Notes under the pieces: model-generated | Databases searched by the model: none | The model's input: the letters and a program-made list of their open reading frames with translations, nothing else | What the model was told of the DNA's origin: nothing | Shown here: positions 43,767 to 47,498 of the stretch, in pieces | Numbering within the stretch: the first letter of the stretch is position 1 | Layout: the number at the start of each line of letters is the position of its first letter | Position numbers and translations under genes: made by a program | Assembly (NCBI GenBank): GCA_020722805.1 | Contig: DYKA01000002.1 | Span: 1 to 47,498 of the forward strand | Direction: 5' to 3' | Source of the DNA: Vermiphilus sp. | GTDB taxonomy: Bacteria > Ratteibacteria > UBA8468 > B48-G9 > DTJG01 | Length of the DNA: 47,498 nucleotides

Positions 43767-45127
43767 ACCGATTATTTGCATCTGAATATCCAGAATTCAA
43801 GTTTATCAGCAAGTCGTTAAGAAAACAAGGGGACAATTATTATTTTGCAGCAGAGAACAATGGAAAGATATATCTTGTAATAGGTGAGAAGTCATTTCGC
43901 ATTGTTGAAAGGAAAGACGCACCGGCGATACTCAAAAAAACATTTCCTTTTCTCAGTTCATCAAAGGTGGGAAACAGAAATTCTTTTGGTTTCGGTGATA
44001 GAACCGGGTTGGCGACAATAGGCCACATCAGAGCAGTGAAAGGAAGCAACTTTTTTCCTGTTTTTGCCCAGCAGTCAGCAAGAGAACTTGAAAGAACAGG
44101 AAGAAGTTTTTCTGATGTTATTGATGATGTGGTGATGTGGTGTTTTACCGAGGGCTGGTCAGGAGGGTTTGGCGCTGATGCTGACCATGTGAAAAATTTT
44201 GGTGTTCTTGAAGATGCAATTTCTGCGGGTTATACATACTTTACGATTGATCCATCTGATAAAATAAGAAATCCACGCAATTTTTCTGCCGGGCATATTA
44301 AAAATCTTGATATGTATCTTAAAAACTACAGCGGAAAAACTTTTGACATTGAAGATTCTTCATTTATTTTTAATGACGAAAGTGTGGCAATGCTTTCCTT
44401 TGTATATGGAGATGCACTTGATTTTATTGAGGAGTGCTTCAGGTTTATCTCTGACAGGACAGGAGATTTTGATTTTGAGGTTTCAGTGGATGAAACAGGT
44501 ATCCCGACAAAACCCGAAGATCATATTTTTATTGTTATGGAACTACAGAGAAGAAGAATTGATTTCAATAGTGTTGCCCTCAGGTTTCCTGGCAGGTTTG
44601 AAAAAGGGATTGATTATATTGGTGATATTGATATGTTTTCTAAGGAATTAAAGGTTCATAACAAAATAAGGAATAAACTCGGGCCTTATAAGATATCGCT
44701 TCATTCCGGTAGTGATAAGTTTTCAGTGTATCCATCATTCAAGGAGATTGTCGGCAGGATGTTCCATGTTAAAACTTCGGGAACTTCATGGATACAGGCG
44801 ATGAAAACCATTGCTGTTGTTGACAGAAGATTGTTTGTTGACTATCTTAATGAGTTTATCCAGCAATTTGAGAAAAATTCTGCTTCCTATGAGATTTCTG
44901 CTGACCCATCAAGTATAGACTTGGAAAAAATAGAAACAGAAGATATTGATGAACTGTTTTCAGATAAACACTTGAGGCAACTGATACACATAAGTTATGG
45001 AACTGTTCTCGGCGACATAAACAACAGGTTGAAAAATAGTTTTTATGATGCAATTGAAAAAAATCTTGAACTGTATCTTCAATTTGTTGAAGAACATTTG
45101 AAAAAACACATTGCACTTTTATCCTAA
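43763..45127 (+). CDS. tagaturonate/fructuronate epimerase (UxaE) family protein
   Basis: SFGFGDRTGLATIGHIRAV, PVFAQQSARELERTGRS, GFGADADHVK and FTIDPS match the UxaE family pattern as I recall it. The gene overlaps the LarA-like stop by 4 bp. Confidence 0.65.
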   Translation: MNRLFASEYPEFKFISKSLRKQGDNYYFAAENNGKIYLVIGEKSFRIVERKDAPAILKKTFPFLSSSKVGNRNSFGFGDRTGLATIGHIRAVKGSNFFPVFAQQSARELERTGRSFSDVIDDVVMWCFTEGWSGGFGADADHVKNFGVLEDAISAGYTYFTIDPSDKIRNPRNFSAGHIKNLDMYLKNYSGKTFDIEDSSFIFNDESVAMLSFVYGDALDFIEECFRFISDRTGDFDFEVSVDETGIPTKPEDHIFIVMELQRRRIDFNSVALRFPGRFEKGIDYIGDIDMFSKELKVHNKIRNKLGPYKISLHSGSDKFSVYPSFKEIVGRMFHVKTSGTSWIQAMKTIAVVDRRLFVDYLNEFIQQFEKNSASYEISADPSSIDLEKIETEDIDELFSDKHLRQLIHISYGTVLGDINNRLKNSFYDAIEKNLELYLQFVEEHLKKHIALLS

Positions 45128-45150
45128 AACAATACTTGAAAGGGGAGAAA

Positions 45151-47073
45151 ATGAATAAGAAAAGATTTCCTTATGAGGTGCTTCCGGAACAGGAGATTAA
45201 GAAATTGCAGGAATTCAGCCGTTTGTGCAAAAGAGATGTCCTTACGATGACAACACTTGCAAAGTCAGGCCATCCGGGTGGTTCAATGTCGGCAATGGAT
45301 ATATATAATGTGGTGTTTCACTATGCTGCAGTGAGCCCTGACGCGGTTGATGACCCTGAAAGAGATAAGATTGTTGTCAGTTTCGGACATACATCACCCG
45401 GGGTTTATTCTGTTCTCGGACGGCTTGGTTTTTTTGATATTGACACTGCAATTGCTTCATTCCGACAGACCGGAAGCATATTTGAAGGACATATTGTGAG
45501 AAAGGTTCCTGGTGTTGAATGGGGAACAGGAAATCTTGGACAGGGCCTTTCAGCAGGATGTGGATTTGCTCTCTTTGATAAAAAGATGAATAGAGATAGT
45601 TTCACATTTGTATTGATGAGTGATGGAGAACAGACAAAGGGACAGGTTGGCGAGGCAAGAAGGTTTGCCACAAAATACAATCTTGATAGATTGAGGGTTA
45701 TTATTGATTACAACAAAATTCAGATAAGCGGCTACATATTTGATATAATGCCCATGAACATCAAAGAAAACTATATTGCTGACGGCTGGGATGTTCTTGA
45801 GGTAGATGGACACGACATACCCGCATTATATTCAGTGATAAAAAAGAGTTTAGACATCAACAAACCAGTATGTGTGATTGCACATACTGTTATTGGTAAA
45901 GGTATATCTTTTATGGAAAACAGGTGCGCTTATCACGGTAAAACACTCAGTGAGGAGGATTATCTGAAAGCAGTTGAAGAACTTGGCTTAAAAGGCGAGG
46001 TTGAAAAATATAAGGAAATAAGGAAGAGGAGGTCCTATTCGTTTCCACAGCGGAATTTTGGAATAGCCCTCTCTATTAATGAAGGCCTTCCAAGAACATA
46101 CCAACCCCAAACGAAAATTGACAACCGCAGTGCCTTCGGTAATGCCCTTGTTGACCTTGGAAACGCAAACAGAGATAATACAAAAAACCCGATTATTGTC
46201 TTTGACTGCGACCTCGCGACTTCTGTGAAAACAGACCAGTTCGCAAAACAGTTCCCCGAGAATTTTTTTCAGTGTGGTGTTCAGGAACATCACGCTGCAA
46301 CTGTTTCAGGCGCTACTTCTGTTGGCGGTGCGGTTTGTTTTTTTGCTGACTTTGGTGTTTTTGGTGTGGATGAGACATTCAATCAACACAGATTGAACGA
46401 CCAGAACTACACAAATCTGAAGGTTATTTGCACGCATCTGGGGCTTGATGTCGGAGAAGATGGCAAAACCCATCAGTGTATTGATTACATCGGGCTGTTC
46501 AGAAACATATTTGGAATGAAACTCATAATTCCTGCTGACCCGAACCAGACAGACAGGGTAATAAGGTATGTTGCCTCGCATCCAGGAAACTATTTTGTCG
46601 GAATGGGTCGTTCAAATACACCTGTGATTGTCAGGAGGGATGGAAGACCATTTTTTGCAGATGATTACAAGTTTGAATACGGAAAAGCAGACATATTAAG
46701 AGAAGGAGAACACGGAGCTATTTATACTATGGGTGCTCTTGTTCCAAGGGCAATTGCAATTTCTGACAATCTTGAAAAAGAGGGTATAAGAATTGCTGTC
46801 ATCAATTGTTCGTGTCCGATTGCCATTGATGAAGAATCTCTTGATTACGGGCTTAAAACAGGACTTATCATTTCCTATGAAGACCATGTGGTTGATTCCG
46901 GGCTCGGTACGACTATTGCCGGGTTTATTGCTGAAAGACAGGCAAGAACAAAGTTTTACAGGTTTGGCATACGAAAGTACGGAAGTTCTGGAAATCCTGA
47001 TGAACTATATGCCGAACACGGACTTGACCCCGAAAGTATTAAGAGGTTTATAAGGGAAACAGTTAAAAAATAA
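45151..47073 (+). CDS. tkt: transketolase (single-chain, N- and C-terminal halves fused)
   Basis: Motifs: SGHPGGSMSAMDI, GNLGQGLSAG, MSDGEQTKGQV. The Pyr domain carries GVQEHHAAT, followed by a C-terminal domain. GGGGAG precedes ATG 45151. Confidence 0.85.
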   Translation: MNKKRFPYEVLPEQEIKKLQEFSRLCKRDVLTMTTLAKSGHPGGSMSAMDIYNVVFHYAAVSPDAVDDPERDKIVVSFGHTSPGVYSVLGRLGFFDIDTAIASFRQTGSIFEGHIVRKVPGVEWGTGNLGQGLSAGCGFALFDKKMNRDSFTFVLMSDGEQTKGQVGEARRFATKYNLDRLRVIIDYNKIQISGYIFDIMPMNIKENYIADGWDVLEVDGHDIPALYSVIKKSLDINKPVCVIAHTVIGKGISFMENRCAYHGKTLSEEDYLKAVEELGLKGEVEKYKEIRKRRSYSFPQRNFGIALSINEGLPRTYQPQTKIDNRSAFGNALVDLGNANRDNTKNPIIVFDCDLATSVKTDQFAKQFPENFFQCGVQEHHAATVSGATSVGGAVCFFADFGVFGVDETFNQHRLNDQNYTNLKVICTHLGLDVGEDGKTHQCIDYIGLFRNIFGMKLIIPADPNQTDRVIRYVASHPGNYFVGMGRSNTPVIVRRDGRPFFADDYKFEYGKADILREGEHGAIYTMGALVPRAIAISDNLEKEGIRIAVINCSCPIAIDEESLDYGLKTGLIISYEDHVVDSGLGTTIAGFIAERQARTKFYRFGIRKYGSSGNPDELYAEHGLDPESIKRFIRETVKK

Positions 47074-47090
47074 TAGCAAATGGAGGATTT

Positions 47091-47294
47091 ATGAAGTGTT
47101 TGAATAGAGATGCAAATATGAAAAGGTGCACCTGCACATACAGTTCCTGCAGCAAGCACGCGATATGCTGTGAGTGTGTGGCTTATCATAGAGAAAATGG
47201 AGAAATTCCTGGCTGCTTTTTCCCGTCCGATATTGAAAAAACATACGACAGGTCTATAAAGAATTTTATCAGGGTATGGAACAATCGTTTGTAA
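47091..47294 (+). CDS. DUF6485-like small Cys-rich protein
   Basis: CTCTYSSCSKHAICCECVAYHRENGEIPGCFF. GGAGGA lies upstream of ATG 47091. Confidence 0.6.
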   Translation: MKCLNRDANMKRCTCTYSSCSKHAICCECVAYHRENGEIPGCFFPSDIEKTYDRSIKNFIRVWNNRL

Positions 47295-47350
47295 ATACTC
47301 AGAAAAGTACATTTTATTGCAAATTGCAAAACAAACTTAGTGAATATAAA
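47291..47350 (+). repeat. family-B intergenic repeat, copy B3 (short form)
   Basis: AAATACTCAGAAAAGTACATTTTATTGCAAA (47293-47323) begins inside the preceding stop codon. The central segment and the -35/-10 block of B1/B2 are largely absent. Confidence 0.7.
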
Positions 47351-47363
47351 TCCTTACTGGACC

Positions 47364-47455
47364 CCGTTATGCGTAGGCACAAAGGTTAACTACCAGGCAC
47401 AAAGGCACTAAGGCACAGAGGCACCAAATAAAAAGCATTAAAGACTATGTACCTA
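47364..47455 (+). repeat. family-A intergenic repeat, copy A3 (diverged)
   Basis: CCGTTATGCGTAGGCACAAAGGTTAAC...AGGCACAAAGGCACTAAGGCACAGAGGCAC. The left end matches A1/A2. The right inverted arm is degraded. Confidence 0.6.
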
Positions 47456-47498
47456 TGGGATTTGACTTTAGGATTACATCTTTGAAAGTTTTAACTTT

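Overview
This is a 47.5-kb, gene-dense bacterial chromosomal fragment. It is AT-rich (roughly 40% GC by eye) and host genes prefer AGA/GGA/GCA/CTT-type codons. I recognised no rRNA, tRNA or CRISPR array.

Content from left to right:
1. The tail of an RM-specificity-like CDS and an HTH_17 remnant, followed by a translationally coupled pair: a 510-aa GHKL/Bergerat-fold ATPase (MORC/Hsp90-like N-terminus) and a 148-aa HTH protein. This pair is my best candidate for an uncharacterised conflict/defence-type module.
2. Metabolic and housekeeping genes: a PabB-PabC fusion, an acyl-CoA ligase, a ZIP transporter, and a nucleoside hydrolase overlapping a macro-domain gene. A minus-strand cluster follows: AP-superfamily phosphodiesterase, secreted esterase, URO-D-like and ClpP-like genes.
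3. A tight four-gene operon: an ABC exporter with an N-terminal Zn-ribbon extension, DUF1854, DUF3109 and a Zn-ribbon membrane protein.
4. A P-type Ca2+-ATPase, an ACT+UPF0210 pair, a HAD hydrolase, rlmN and an amidohydrolase.
5. A ~4.5-kb block (about 27.4-31.9 kb) with visibly different codon usage. It carries a decayed IS1634/IS4-like element, a ZnuBC-like metal ABC importer without a binding protein, and an NADH-oxidase/CoADR-type flavoprotein. It abuts a truncated flavin-reductase gene.
6. gap-pgk-tpiA-secG.
7. A sugar-acid/pentose-phosphate cluster: IolB-like, UxuB-like SDR, gnd, a long HAD-like protein, LarA-like, UxaE-like, a fused transketolase and DUF6485.

The main non-genic signals are two families of intergenic repeats and an unusually high number of interrupted reading frames. 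One repeat family is a palindromic MITE/REP-like element found after three operons. The other is a promoter-bearing module upstream of two unrelated operons. The interrupted frames include an in-frame TGA, an in-frame TAG and several homopolymer-associated frameshifts.
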